Positions 19,162 to 28,014 of a DNA stretch of 40,207 nucleotides are shown here, piece by piece. The stretch comes from Dehalococcoidia bacterium. Its GTDB lineage: Bacteria > Chloroflexota > Dehalococcoidia > Lucifugimonadales > Lucifugimonadaceae. Position 1 is the stretch's first letter, and every line of letters starts with the position of its first letter. The stretch covers positions 1 to 40,207 of the forward strand of contig JAKZUY010000165.1 of NCBI GenBank assembly GCA_047516345.1, read 5' to 3'. Both the position numbers and the translations under genes were made by a program. The notes below the pieces were generated by a model that worked only from the letters and a program-made list of their open reading frames with translations, was not told where the DNA came from and searched no databases.

Positions 19162-19507
19162 TCCTGTCTCCCTGCCTGCCTGTGTAGTCTGACGTCACAG
19201 TCTGGCTTGCGCCCAAATTCGTAAATGCTGACCGGATTTCCGGTCCAATTACAAATTATGCTCATTAATAGTTTGGCCCCACGCCGCTTTCTGGTGTGGG
19301 GCCGAAATTGTCGCGGTGTGTCAAAACCGTGCCCTACGGTCCACAACATGAACAGTATTTACGCATAGATCGCATCATGCGAAGTTTACCAATGCTGTAG
19401 AGATAGCGTCAAAGTGATGTAATTCGCAATTCGGGTTGCGCCCGGCTGCCTGTGAACCGCACCATATCAGTGTATTTCAACGGCATTGAAGCAACAAGGT
19501 GGTCTCA

Positions 19508-20416
19508 ATGGGCGGCGACAATTCTCTAAACGGAATCCATTTCATGCTTCCGACACCATTCTCAGAGGATGGACGTTTGGATGTAAAACCCTTTGGCCGG
19601 CTCCTCGGCGCGGCGCAGGTTGCGGGGTGCCGAGGGGTTGTGTGCCTGGGGGTAATGGGGGAGGCGCATCGCTTGACCGACGCAGAAAGATCGCAAGTTC
19701 TCGAAGCGGTTGTAGCGGTTTCCGGCAGTCTTACGGTCACAGTCGGGATCAGCGCCGAGAGCGAGCAGGTGGTCGCAGAACGGTCACGCGAGGCTGAACG
19801 GGCCGGGGCAACCGCGGTGATGGCGTCGCCGGCGAGGATGGCGAAACCCAATCCTGAGTCCACGTTCAGCTACTACGCTCAGATTCAGGAGTCTACCGCT
19901 ATTCCTATCGTGGTCCAGGATCTCCCTGAACAGACCGGCGTGCACATGGACCCAGCGTTCATCGCGAGGCTCAACCGCGAGCTTCCCGGGGCGAAGTACC
20001 TCAAACTCGAAGACCCGCCAACGCCGCCCAAGATAACCCGGGTTCTGGCCCTGACCGGAGACCGCATGGGCATATTCGGCGGTATGGGAGGTGGTTTCCT
20101 GCTTGAAGAACTCCAACGGGGGGCCGTCGGGACGATGACGGGTTTCGCATATCCAGAAGTGCTCGCGGCTATACATCGCCGCCATGCCGCCGGTGACGTG
20201 GATGGCGCCCGCGGCATCTTTTACCGTTGGCTCCCGCTGATTCGCTACGAGAACCAGCAGGGAATTGGCCTGTCCATCAGAAAGCACATTCTTGCGAAAC
20301 GAGGTTTCCTCGACGTACCTGCGGTGCGCAGACCCGCGCCCGCCCTCGATGAAGCGACGCGCGCAGAATTGGACGATGTCCTCGGAGCGCTCGATCTGGA
20401 TGTGTCCAACCTGTAA
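19508..20416 (+). CDS. Dihydrodipicolinate synthase/N-acetylneuraminate lyase family (class I aldolase) protein
   Basis: DapA-family pattern: PFSEDGRLD, GVMGEAHRLTDAER, and a TIM-barrel of about 300 aa. It lacks an obvious lysine-pathway context. The start is the ATG at 19508 or the GTG at 19499. Confidence 0.72.
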   Translation: MGGDNSLNGIHFMLPTPFSEDGRLDVKPFGRLLGAAQVAGCRGVVCLGVMGEAHRLTDAERSQVLEAVVAVSGSLTVTVGISAESEQVVAERSREAERAGATAVMASPARMAKPNPESTFSYYAQIQESTAIPIVVQDLPEQTGVHMDPAFIARLNRELPGAKYLKLEDPPTPPKITRVLALTGDRMGIFGGMGGGFLLEELQRGAVGTMTGFAYPEVLAAIHRRHAAGDVDGARGIFYRWLPLIRYENQQGIGLSIRKHILAKRGFLDVPAVRRPAPALDEATRAELDDVLGALDLDVSNL

Positions 20417-20460
20417 TAACGACGGTTCATGCCCGTCAACAACATCCCTTGGGGGAAATA

Positions 20461-22395
20461 ATGCAGCCATTGCCATTCGACCCCGCCGTCCGGCCTTCGG
20501 CCCCTCAATACGACGTTGACCTGACCGAAGGCGTCAAGGTTGCCGCCAGAGACGGCGTCATACTGTCGACCGACGTGTATCTACCAGCGCGCGGCGGGAA
20601 GCCGCTGCCGAGTCCTTTGCCTACCCTCCTCCAGCGGACTCCGTACAACAAGACCGAATTCGAGTTGTCTTCGGGGGATGCGCACTGGTACGCCGAACGA
20701 GGTTACGCGGTCGTGGTTCAGGACTGCCGCGGATGTTTCGAATCAGAAGGGGACGTAGATTTTCTGTTTCCCGAGGCGGAGGATGGATTCGACACCATGC
20801 AGTGGATAAAGGAACAACCCTGGTCAACCGGCCGAGTCGGGACATGGGGTTGTTCGTGGGCGAGTTGGACACAGACGGCGATGGCTGCCCTGGGTCCGGA
20901 CAATCTGGCAACGATGATCCCGAACATGAGCGGATCGAACGCTCACGAAAGTTCGGTGCGTCAGGGCGGAGCGTTGGAGCTTCGATTTCTGGCGTGGGCG
21001 TTTTGGCATTCAGCATCGAACAGCCAGAAACAACTAAAAGACAAGGATTTCGTCACCCCTGCGCTAAATCTCGGCGCGCCGACGTTCGGCGAGTGGATAA
21101 CGCGAATGCCGATTCGCAAAGGCCAAACACAACTCGCCATCGTGCCGCCATACGAAAAATGGGCTCTGGAACTACTCAGACACTCCGACTACGACGAGTA
21201 CTGGAAGCATCCAAGTGTCAACCCCAGGGAGCACTACGATAGCTTCCCGGATGTGCCGATTCTCCTGGTTGGCGGGTGGTACGACTCTTACGCCCGCGGC
21301 TCGGTCGAGAACTTCAAGGACCTGACGGCGAAGAAGGCTGGCCCGGTACGGCTGCTGATGGGTCCGTGGACGCACGGTACCGCTACTACGGAGTTGGACT
21401 ACGCGGGCGACATTGAATTTGGCGCGCAGGCGGCGCTCGACAGCTTCAGAGCAGTTCATCTGAAGTGGTTCGACCGCTGGATGAGAGGTGTGGATACCTC
21501 CATCGATGACGATGCGCCTCTGAGGATTTTCGTGATGGGTGGAGGTTCGGGGTGCCGCACTCCCGGAGGACGCATGATGCACGGCGGCAAGTGGCGCTCC
21601 GAGAAGGAATGGCCGCTTGCACGCACGCGCTTTACCGAATACTTCCTGCACGAAGATGGATCGCTCGACTCTTCCCCGCCGCAAGCGGCCGAATCGAGCA
21701 CCACTTACCGCTTCGACCCCGGCAACCCCGTGCCGTCGATTGGCGGCAGCGTATCCTCGCTCCGAGAGCTTGCGCCCATGCCCGCCGGCATCTCCGACCC
21801 GTCCCTGGTAGCACGGGGGCATCGGCAGCACGACATTATGGTCGCTGGGGGATTTGACCAAACTGAGCGGCCCGATGTGTTCGGCTGCAACCCGCCTTAC
21901 CTGCCGCTCGGGTCTCGTCCCGACGTGCTCGTGTTCCATACGGACCCGCTGGATGAGCCAGTCGAAGTAACTGGCCCGATCGAGGTCAAACTGTGGGTAG
22001 CCACGGATGCGCTCGACACGGACTTCACGGCTAAGCTCATCGACGTTTACCCTCCGAGCGATTGGTACCCGTTCGGCTATCACCTCAATTTGACCGACTC
22101 GATCATGAGGCTTCGCTACAGGAACGGATTCGAGCGCGCTGAATTCGTCGAACCAGGTGAACCCGTACAGGTGACGATCACGTTGTATCCGACGAGCAAT
22201 GTGTTTGCACAAGGCCATCGGATCAGGCTCGACATATCGAGTTCAAACCACCCGCGTTTCGACGTAAATCCCAACACCGGGGAGCCGATAGGCCTGGACC
22301 GCAGGCGCGCGGCGGCGAACAACACCGTATTTCACGACCATGGCCGGGCGTCAAAAGTCGTTCTGCCCGTGATACCGGCCGTGTCGGAGGGTTAG
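20461..22395 (+). CDS. CocE/NonD family alpha/beta hydrolase (X-Pro dipeptidyl-peptidase S15-like)
   Basis: N-terminal motifs are DGV.L.TDVYLP and RTPYNK. The nucleophile elbow is GTWGCSWASW. A C-terminal jelly-roll domain carries GHRIRLDISSSNHPRFD.NPNTG. The start is the ATG at 20461, preceded by GGGGGA. Confidence 0.85.
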   Translation: MQPLPFDPAVRPSAPQYDVDLTEGVKVAARDGVILSTDVYLPARGGKPLPSPLPTLLQRTPYNKTEFELSSGDAHWYAERGYAVVVQDCRGCFESEGDVDFLFPEAEDGFDTMQWIKEQPWSTGRVGTWGCSWASWTQTAMAALGPDNLATMIPNMSGSNAHESSVRQGGALELRFLAWAFWHSASNSQKQLKDKDFVTPALNLGAPTFGEWITRMPIRKGQTQLAIVPPYEKWALELLRHSDYDEYWKHPSVNPREHYDSFPDVPILLVGGWYDSYARGSVENFKDLTAKKAGPVRLLMGPWTHGTATTELDYAGDIEFGAQAALDSFRAVHLKWFDRWMRGVDTSIDDDAPLRIFVMGGGSGCRTPGGRMMHGGKWRSEKEWPLARTRFTEYFLHEDGSLDSSPPQAAESSTTYRFDPGNPVPSIGGSVSSLRELAPMPAGISDPSLVARGHRQHDIMVAGGFDQTERPDVFGCNPPYLPLGSRPDVLVFHTDPLDEPVEVTGPIEVKLWVATDALDTDFTAKLIDVYPPSDWYPFGYHLNLTDSIMRLRYRNGFERAEFVEPGEPVQVTITLYPTSNVFAQGHRIRLDISSSNHPRFDVNPNTGEPIGLDRRRAAANNTVFHDHGRASKVVLPVIPAVSEG

Positions 22396-22451
22396 CGGCG
22401 CCGGTCAATATGGCGACGCGACACGACAACAGAGAGATAACAACAGTCCAA

Positions 22452-22648
22452 ATAACCTCCGGCTGAAGAAGGTCAAACCTCTGCTCAGGCCGCGGCGCCC
22501 CGAACAAGCCGCACGCTCGCAGACGCAATCCGTGTGAGGAGCACGTCTGTCGGCCGAATGCCGATCAGTTCCGCCTTTCGACGTAGCCCCAAATGCCGGT
22601 GAACCGACAGGCCTCCGACGTATGTGGGCCGCGGCTTAACTGCCGTGA
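22452..22648 (+). pseudogene. Decayed 5' fragment of a third copy of the zinc-ribbon/membrane-protein gene
   Basis: It aligns in-frame with the first ~120 nt of the genes at 22767 and 23579. It shares the exact 19-mer TCGGCCGAATGCCGATCAG (22550-22568) with 23677-23695. The start codon has become ATA, there is a TGA at codon 5, and the Cys codons are lost. Confidence 0.7.
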
Positions 22649-22650
22649 AC

Positions 22651-22701
22651 GGGCGTCATAAGTCGTCTTTCCCGTGAAAGCGGCCACGGCGGGGGTCAGC
22701 G
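22651..22701 (+). repeat. Degenerate duplicate of the last ~50 nt of the CocE-family gene
   Basis: GGGCGTCATAAGTCGTCTTTCCCGTGAAAGCGGCCACGGCGGGGGTCAGCG matches 22346-22397 (GGGCGTCAAAAGTCGTTCTGCCCGTGATACCGGCCGTGTCGGAGGGTTAGCG) at about 77% identity by hand count. The flanking spacer also aligns. Confidence 0.65.
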
Positions 22702-22766
22702 CGTCAAGTCAGGTTGTCGGCGCGACAATACAATGCTGAAATTACGTTGAACCAGGAGATATCCGG

Positions 22767-23531
22767 ATGACATCCGGCCAGACAAGTTCAGTCTTCTGCT
22801 CTCACTGCGGCACCCGGAACGAGCCGGACGCCTATATGTGCGACCGGTGTGGGGAGCGCGTATATCGGCCGAACATTGATCAGTCGCCGCCTTTGGGCCT
22901 CGTAGCGTGCGGTAAGTGCAACGCGCCAAACGAGGCCCATGCCTTTTATTGCGCGGACTGTGGCCACTCCATGGAATCGGCGGTCAGGATCTCGCCGGAA
23001 GTTGCTGCATCGTCGAGCCGAGTCGCGGGGCCAAAACCTCAGTCGCCTTCGTCGAGCCTGCGAAAACCGGAACCGCGGGCCGAAGTTAGCAGCAGGGAAC
23101 CGATTCGGCCGGCTCAAGGTTTGCCGGATTCAACCGGCGCGAGTACCGAAAACGGATCTGGGGTTCGTGGGGCCAAACTTCCGGAATCGCTAAAGGGCTT
23201 CAACTGGGCAGCGTTTCTGGCCACCCCGATCTGGAGCTTGTTCAATCGGGTCTGGATAGGCCTCGTCGCCTCGGTCGGCCTAGCCGGAGTCCTCTATATA
23301 TTTCGGGTACCGGTTGTTTTTGCGTTCCTTCTTCAATTTCCGCTTTCAATCTACTTCGGCCTGAAGGGAAACGAGCTTGCGTGGCAAAGCAAGAAGTGGT
23401 CAAGTACAACGCAGTTCGCCCGAATGCAACGGACTTGGCTCATTATCGTCATCGTATTGACGGTATTGTTGTCCATGCTGATCTTGATACAGGGATCGCC
23501 CGCCGGCGGACAGGGCGACGCGGTTCCCTAA
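22767..23531 (+). CDS. Double zinc-ribbon protein with a C-terminal DUF2628-like membrane domain (paralogue 1)
   Basis: Two CxxC..CxxC ribbons (CSHCGT..CDRCGE; CGKCNA..CADCGH) are followed by a Ser/Pro-rich linker. Then come FNWAAFLATPIWSLFNRVWIGL and two to three hydrophobic helices, with GLKGNELAWQSKKW between them. Confidence 0.75.
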   Translation: MTSGQTSSVFCSHCGTRNEPDAYMCDRCGERVYRPNIDQSPPLGLVACGKCNAPNEAHAFYCADCGHSMESAVRISPEVAASSSRVAGPKPQSPSSSLRKPEPRAEVSSREPIRPAQGLPDSTGASTENGSGVRGAKLPESLKGFNWAAFLATPIWSLFNRVWIGLVASVGLAGVLYIFRVPVVFAFLLQFPLSIYFGLKGNELAWQSKKWSSTTQFARMQRTWLIIVIVLTVLLSMLILIQGSPAGGQGDAVP

Positions 23532-23578
23532 GGGCGGCGGGGCAATAATGACATGACAATGAACCAGGACATATCGGG

Positions 23579-24349
23579 ATGACATCCGCCCAGGCAAGTT
23601 CAATCTTCTGTCCCCACTGCGGTACCCGGAACAAGCCGGACGCCTATGTGTGCGATCGGTGTGGGGAGCGCATCTATCGGCCGAATGCCGATCAGCCGCC
23701 GCCATTGGGCCTTGCGGCTTGCGGCAAGTGCAACGCGCCAAACGAGGCCCACGCCTTCTACTGCGTGAACTGTGGCCACTCCATGGAATCGGCGGTCAGA
23801 ATCTCACCGGAAGGCGCCACGTCGTCGAGCCGGGTCGCAGAAAAGCCGCAGCCGCGGAGCCGAGTCACAAGTCCGCCGGGGCCGCCGGGGCCGCCGCGCC
23901 GAACGCCGGAGCCGCGGGCCAACGTTGGTAATCAAGAATCGATCCGGCCTGCGGAGGGGTTGCCGAATGCGACGAGTCCGATTGCCGAGAATGGTTCTGG
24001 GATTCGCGGGGCCGAACTGCCGAAATCTCTGAGGGGTTTCAATTGGGGCGCATTCCTCATGGGCCCAATCTGGAGCCTGTTCAACCAGGTGTGGATCGGC
24101 CTGATTGGATTCATCGCCGTCTTCCCGCAGATACCGATCGTGATCAGACTTCTCATCACGTTGGCGCTCGCTTTATACCTTGGATTCAAAGGGAACGAAC
24201 TTGCGTGGCGAAGCAAGAAGTGGACTAGTACCGCGCACTTTGCAAACGCGCAAAAGACCTGGCTCATCGTGGGTCTCGCCGCTACGGCAATGTCGGCCAT
24301 CTTGTTAATTATTGTGCTTCAGGGCTCGCCCGTCGAAACGATTCGATAA
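23579..24349 (+). CDS. Double zinc-ribbon protein with a C-terminal DUF2628-like membrane domain (paralogue 2)
   Basis: It has the same architecture as 22767..23531. The N-terminal ~80 aa are nearly identical, while the linker (PPGPPGPP) and TM region have diverged. The ~45 nt upstream of the start are also duplicated. Confidence 0.75.
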   Translation: MTSAQASSIFCPHCGTRNKPDAYVCDRCGERIYRPNADQPPPLGLAACGKCNAPNEAHAFYCVNCGHSMESAVRISPEGATSSSRVAEKPQPRSRVTSPPGPPGPPRRTPEPRANVGNQESIRPAEGLPNATSPIAENGSGIRGAELPKSLRGFNWGAFLMGPIWSLFNQVWIGLIGFIAVFPQIPIVIRLLITLALALYLGFKGNELAWRSKKWTSTAHFANAQKTWLIVGLAATAMSAILLIIVLQGSPVETIR

Positions 24350-24361
24350 ATTCGGATTCCA

Positions 24362-24378
24362 GCGCCCTGCCAGGGCGC
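24362..24378. terminator. Candidate bidirectional terminator hairpin between convergent genes
   Basis: GCGCCC-tgcca-GGGCGC lies in the 48-nt gap between the stop at 24349 (+) and the stop at 24398 (-). There is no strong U-tract. Confidence 0.3.
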
Positions 24379-24397
24379 GAGGTTATTTGGCCGGCTG

Positions 24398-25258
24398 TCA
24401 ACAGAGCGTCGGGGTTGATTTGGATGATGGCGCGGGAGTCGGGGAAGCCGATTGAGCCAACCCGTCCCCTATGAGGCTGGCGGCTATCGACACCATGGCC
24501 AAAACAATGCCGGGCCAGATGATCAGCCACGGCGCGGAGAACGCGTAGGTCTGCGCCTCGCCGCCGAGCAACGCGCCCAGAGAGGCGCTGCCGCCCGGCC
24601 CTGCGCCCAGAAAACTGAGCGAAGCCTCCGCCAAAACGGCCCCTCCGACCTGCGTCGACACCACAACGGCCCACGGACCAAACGCGTTGGGCGCCAAGTG
24701 ACTCGATATGATGTGCCGCGTCGACGCCCCTGAAGCCCATGCTGCCTCCACGAATCCCGCTTCCCTGAGAGTGAGCGCCGATGATCTGGCCACTCGCACG
24801 ATGAGAGGCGTGAACGCGACAGATAGCGCAATGATGACACCCGTACGCGTCGGGCCGGTCGCTGCGATCACCGCCAGAGCAAGTACGAGCAGGGGCAGGG
24901 CCATCAGGGAGTCGATCAGGCGTTGAAGTAGCAGATCAGGCCATCCTCGCCAGAATCCCGACGCCAGGCCGAGAATGCCGCCCGCGATTCCCGATATCGC
25001 AGCAGCGGTTACCCCGACCATCAGCGATCCTCGAAGGCCTTTGGCAACGCGCGTCAGGACATCCCGCCCGAGCTGGTCGACCCCCATCGGATGCGACCAC
25101 GACGGGCCGGTCAAACTGTTTTCGAGGTCGCCTCGCCCACCGTCTTCGCTCGCGAGTGGACCCAATAACAGCAGTAGCAGTAGCACCAGCATTAACGCCA
25201 TGCCGGCCCTCGCGGAGTTCGATGCGGCAATACGAAATGCCATGCCGGAGGCCGTCAT
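24398..25258 (-). CDS. ABC transporter permease, peptide/nickel type (DppC/OppC-like)
   Basis: The N-terminus carries SHPMGVDQLGRDVL. It has six hydrophobic segments and an EAA-like loop (ARSSALTLREAGFVEAAWASGAS). It overlaps the upstream permease gene by 4 nt. Confidence 0.88.
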   Translation of the reverse strand: MTASGMAFRIAASNSARAGMALMLVLLLLLLLGPLASEDGGRGDLENSLTGPSWSHPMGVDQLGRDVLTRVAKGLRGSLMVGVTAAAISGIAGGILGLASGFWRGWPDLLLQRLIDSLMALPLLVLALAVIAATGPTRTGVIIALSVAFTPLIVRVARSSALTLREAGFVEAAWASGASTRHIISSHLAPNAFGPWAVVVSTQVGGAVLAEASLSFLGAGPGGSASLGALLGGEAQTYAFSAPWLIIWPGIVLAMVSIAASLIGDGLAQSASPTPAPSSKSTPTLC

Positions 25259-26217
25259 GCCGCGAGCCTCACCCTCGGGTCGAGGCGCGAGTACGCAAAG
25301 TCCACGGCGAGGTTGGCCACTACGGCGAAAAACCCGAATAGCAGCGCCAAAAACTGGACTAGCGGGTAGTCGCGGGAGAGAACGCCGTCGGTCAGCAATC
25401 TGCCAAGCCCGGGCAGGCCGAAGACCTGTTCAATCACGACCGAACCGCTCAGCAGAAACACGGTCTGCGCGCCCAGCACGGTCAGGCCCGGCAGGGCGGA
25501 AGCGCGAAATGCGTGGCCCCACAAAACTCCGGATCGGCTCAGACCTTTGGCTCGCGCGGTCCTGACAAAGTCGCTTTCCAGAATCTCGGCCGTAGCTGTC
25601 CGAACGACTCTGAAGATCAGCGCTCCGGGTCGAACCGCCATCACCGCGGCCGCAGGAATCATGCGGACGAGGTTGCCGGCGGGATCCTCCCAGATTGGCC
25701 TGTAACCGGCGGCAATGAACAGGTCGGCCCATATAGCCAACGCCAACACGACGATCAGACCGAGCCAAAACGTCGGGGCCGAAAGTCCGGCATGGGCCGC
25801 GGCGCGTGCTGCCAGGTCAAATCGTCCGCCCATCGCACCTGCGGCCGTGACGCCGGTCACGGCGCCTGTCAACCCCGCCAACACTAACGACAGCAACGAT
25901 AGCTCGATGGTCACGGCGATTCGCGGAGTCACCTCTTCGCTCACAGGGACTCCGCTAACGAGTGACTTTCCGGCGTCGAGGCGGGCCAGACCCGCTATCC
26001 ATGCGAAGTACTGGACAGGGTAGCTGCGGTCCAACCCGAGGGCGGCGCGCCGGTCTACCATCTGTTGGGCGCTGAGGCTCCCCTCGCCAGGGGATCTGGC
26101 CATAGCGGCGAGGACGGCATCGCCCGGAGCGATTCGGAGCAGAATGAACGCGATCAGGCTGACCCCCCAAATAGTGATGGCGGAGATGGCCGCCCGCCGC
26201 ACCAGGTAACGGGTCAA
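25255..26217 (-). CDS. ABC transporter permease, peptide/nickel type (DppB/OppB-like)
   Basis: MTRYLVRRAAISAITIWGVSLIAFILLRIAPGD is the typical DppB N-terminus. The EAA loop is SDFVRTARAKGLS. Confidence 0.88.
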   Translation of the reverse strand: MTRYLVRRAAISAITIWGVSLIAFILLRIAPGDAVLAAMARSPGEGSLSAQQMVDRRAALGLDRSYPVQYFAWIAGLARLDAGKSLVSGVPVSEEVTPRIAVTIELSLLSLVLAGLTGAVTGVTAAGAMGGRFDLAARAAAHAGLSAPTFWLGLIVVLALAIWADLFIAAGYRPIWEDPAGNLVRMIPAAAVMAVRPGALIFRVVRTATAEILESDFVRTARAKGLSRSGVLWGHAFRASALPGLTVLGAQTVFLLSGSVVIEQVFGLPGLGRLLTDGVLSRDYPLVQFLALLFGFFAVVANLAVDFAYSRLDPRVRLAA

Positions 26218-26239
26218 TTCATCGAACGGGATTGCCCGC

Positions 26240-27937
26240 TCACTCGATCCATACCCGCGCCAGGCGTCTGCCCTGGTACAAGCTCGGGCCTCCGGGTTCT
26301 AATCCGTGGACGTTCGCCCACACCGGCGCGCGTCTCGAACTCCACTGGAACCAGATCTTGGCGTTCTCCTGCCATATCTTTCGCTGGATATCGTCGAGGA
26401 GCGCCTTTCGTTCCCCGGAGTCGAGGAGACGGCTCTGCTGTTCGATCATTCGGTCGAGTTCGGGGTCGCACAGGCCCGGAAAGTTCTCGCTGCCGCCGCA
26501 CGAGTAGTGATCGGTGAGAATCGGGTCGGGATCGTCCAACGAGAATGAGTGACTGTGGCCGATGATGTTGAATTCGCCTGTCCTGATGATGCGTTGGTAG
26601 TCGACTGGCTCAACGGGAGTCACTTCCGACTTAATGCCTACCAGGCTGAGTTGCCCCGCTGCGAAGTCGGCGAGCGTCTGAAAAAACGGGTTGGCCTGCG
26701 TCAACATGGGCGCTTCAAGTCCGTCTGGGTATCCGGCCTGTTCAAGCAGAGCCCGCGCTTCGGCTCGTTCCACCTCCTTGTCGCCATAGCCCGCCAACGT
26801 CATCACCTCGCTTTGATCGAGCCCCCACGGCCCGCCCGGCGGCAAGATGGCGCCCGCGTACCCTGGGCCGAGTGCGAGGTCCGCGTCCGGTCTGGAAAGG
26901 GCCAGGTTCACTGCTCGCCTCACCCGCGGATTGTCGAATGGCGGCTCGTTAAGGTTTAGCTGAACTGTGTTGCCTCCGGCGGAGGGCGACCTGAACACGT
27001 TGATTTCACCGGCGAAGTCCCGTTCCAGAACCTGCGCCTCCGGTTCCGTGATGATTGCGATTGCGTCAATCTCGTGGGTGCGCAGGGCGGCCATGCGTAC
27101 GGCCGGCTCCGGAATGACAAGAAACCGCACCTCGTTCAACTTCGGCAAGCCCGGTTCGTAGTAGCCGGTATTTTTCAACAGGCTGTACGCGGAACCCCTC
27201 GTCACTGAGCCGGCCGTGAAGGGACCGGTTCCGACTACGCTCGAAAATTGCGCCATGGACGGGGGATCGAGGAGTTCGGTCTCGGCCCGGGGATAGACCG
27301 ATACGTAGACACTCGACAGATTCGGCAAAAACGAAGCGGCAGGAAAGTCGAGTGTTATTGTGAGCGTCGACTGGTCCGGGGCGGTTAACTGTGAAACGGA
27401 GCCTACGTATCTCGCAATGACCCCACCGCGCCCGATAGTCATCCCGGCCGGCGGGTCGATGATCCTGTCGAGGCTGAATTTCAAGTCGTCGGAGGTGAGC
27501 GCCCGACCATTGTGCCACTTGATATCCGGCCTGACGGTGAATGTCCACTCGGTACCGTCGTCAGAGGTTTTCCAACTTGTCGCCAAGTCGGGCACGATGA
27601 CCGAATGGTCCTGCGCCGAACCCTTGACGATTTGCGACAGCAGTGGGTTGCAGGGGTGAACGGACTGGTAACTCGTAGCCTGCGACATGGGGAGGTCGCA
27701 ACTCGTGGGGTCCCGCGCCTGGGCCATCCGCAGTACCCCATTGGTGCGCTCGACGGGCGATTCGTCCGCCGGACCGTATGCCGATGAGTCGGCCGTTGCC
27801 ACTGCGGTGGCCGCCTCAGTAGCCGTCGGCGCGGCTTGGGGCGATTCGTCCGCCCCGCTGCACGCCATGGCGACGAGCGCCGCGAGCGACAACAGGCAAA
27901 CTATCGGGATCCGCAGGCCGGCGCGGGTAAGTGGCAT
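26240..27937 (-). CDS. ABC transporter substrate-binding protein, family 5 (peptide/nickel)
   Basis: The product is 565 aa. A signal peptide ends in LVAMAC, which is lipobox-like. The SBP_bac_5 features are TFTVRPDIKWHNG..LTSDDLKFS and later conserved blocks. Confidence 0.85.
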   Translation of the reverse strand: MPLTRAGLRIPIVCLLSLAALVAMACSGADESPQAAPTATEAATAVATADSSAYGPADESPVERTNGVLRMAQARDPTSCDLPMSQATSYQSVHPCNPLLSQIVKGSAQDHSVIVPDLATSWKTSDDGTEWTFTVRPDIKWHNGRALTSDDLKFSLDRIIDPPAGMTIGRGGVIARYVGSVSQLTAPDQSTLTITLDFPAASFLPNLSSVYVSVYPRAETELLDPPSMAQFSSVVGTGPFTAGSVTRGSAYSLLKNTGYYEPGLPKLNEVRFLVIPEPAVRMAALRTHEIDAIAIITEPEAQVLERDFAGEINVFRSPSAGGNTVQLNLNEPPFDNPRVRRAVNLALSRPDADLALGPGYAGAILPPGGPWGLDQSEVMTLAGYGDKEVERAEARALLEQAGYPDGLEAPMLTQANPFFQTLADFAAGQLSLVGIKSEVTPVEPVDYQRIIRTGEFNIIGHSHSFSLDDPDPILTDHYSCGGSENFPGLCDPELDRMIEQQSRLLDSGERKALLDDIQRKIWQENAKIWFQWSSRRAPVWANVHGLEPGGPSLYQGRRLARVWIE

Positions 27938-28014
27938 AGGTTTACTTCGACTTGACCTGTCTTTGTCGTAAATCGTGGGTCACGGCTTTAGGTGGCCTTG
28001 CCGGTCCCGACGAA

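Noticed and set aside
19158-19349. A 63-aa minus-strand ORF ending in a TTGA overlap with the TTG start of the sulfite/nitrite reductase.
   Set aside because: It has a basic, low-complexity translation and runs through the AT-rich promoter-like region and the 19274-19302 hairpin. The reductase start has its own GGGAGA Shine-Dalgarno, so coupling is unnecessary.
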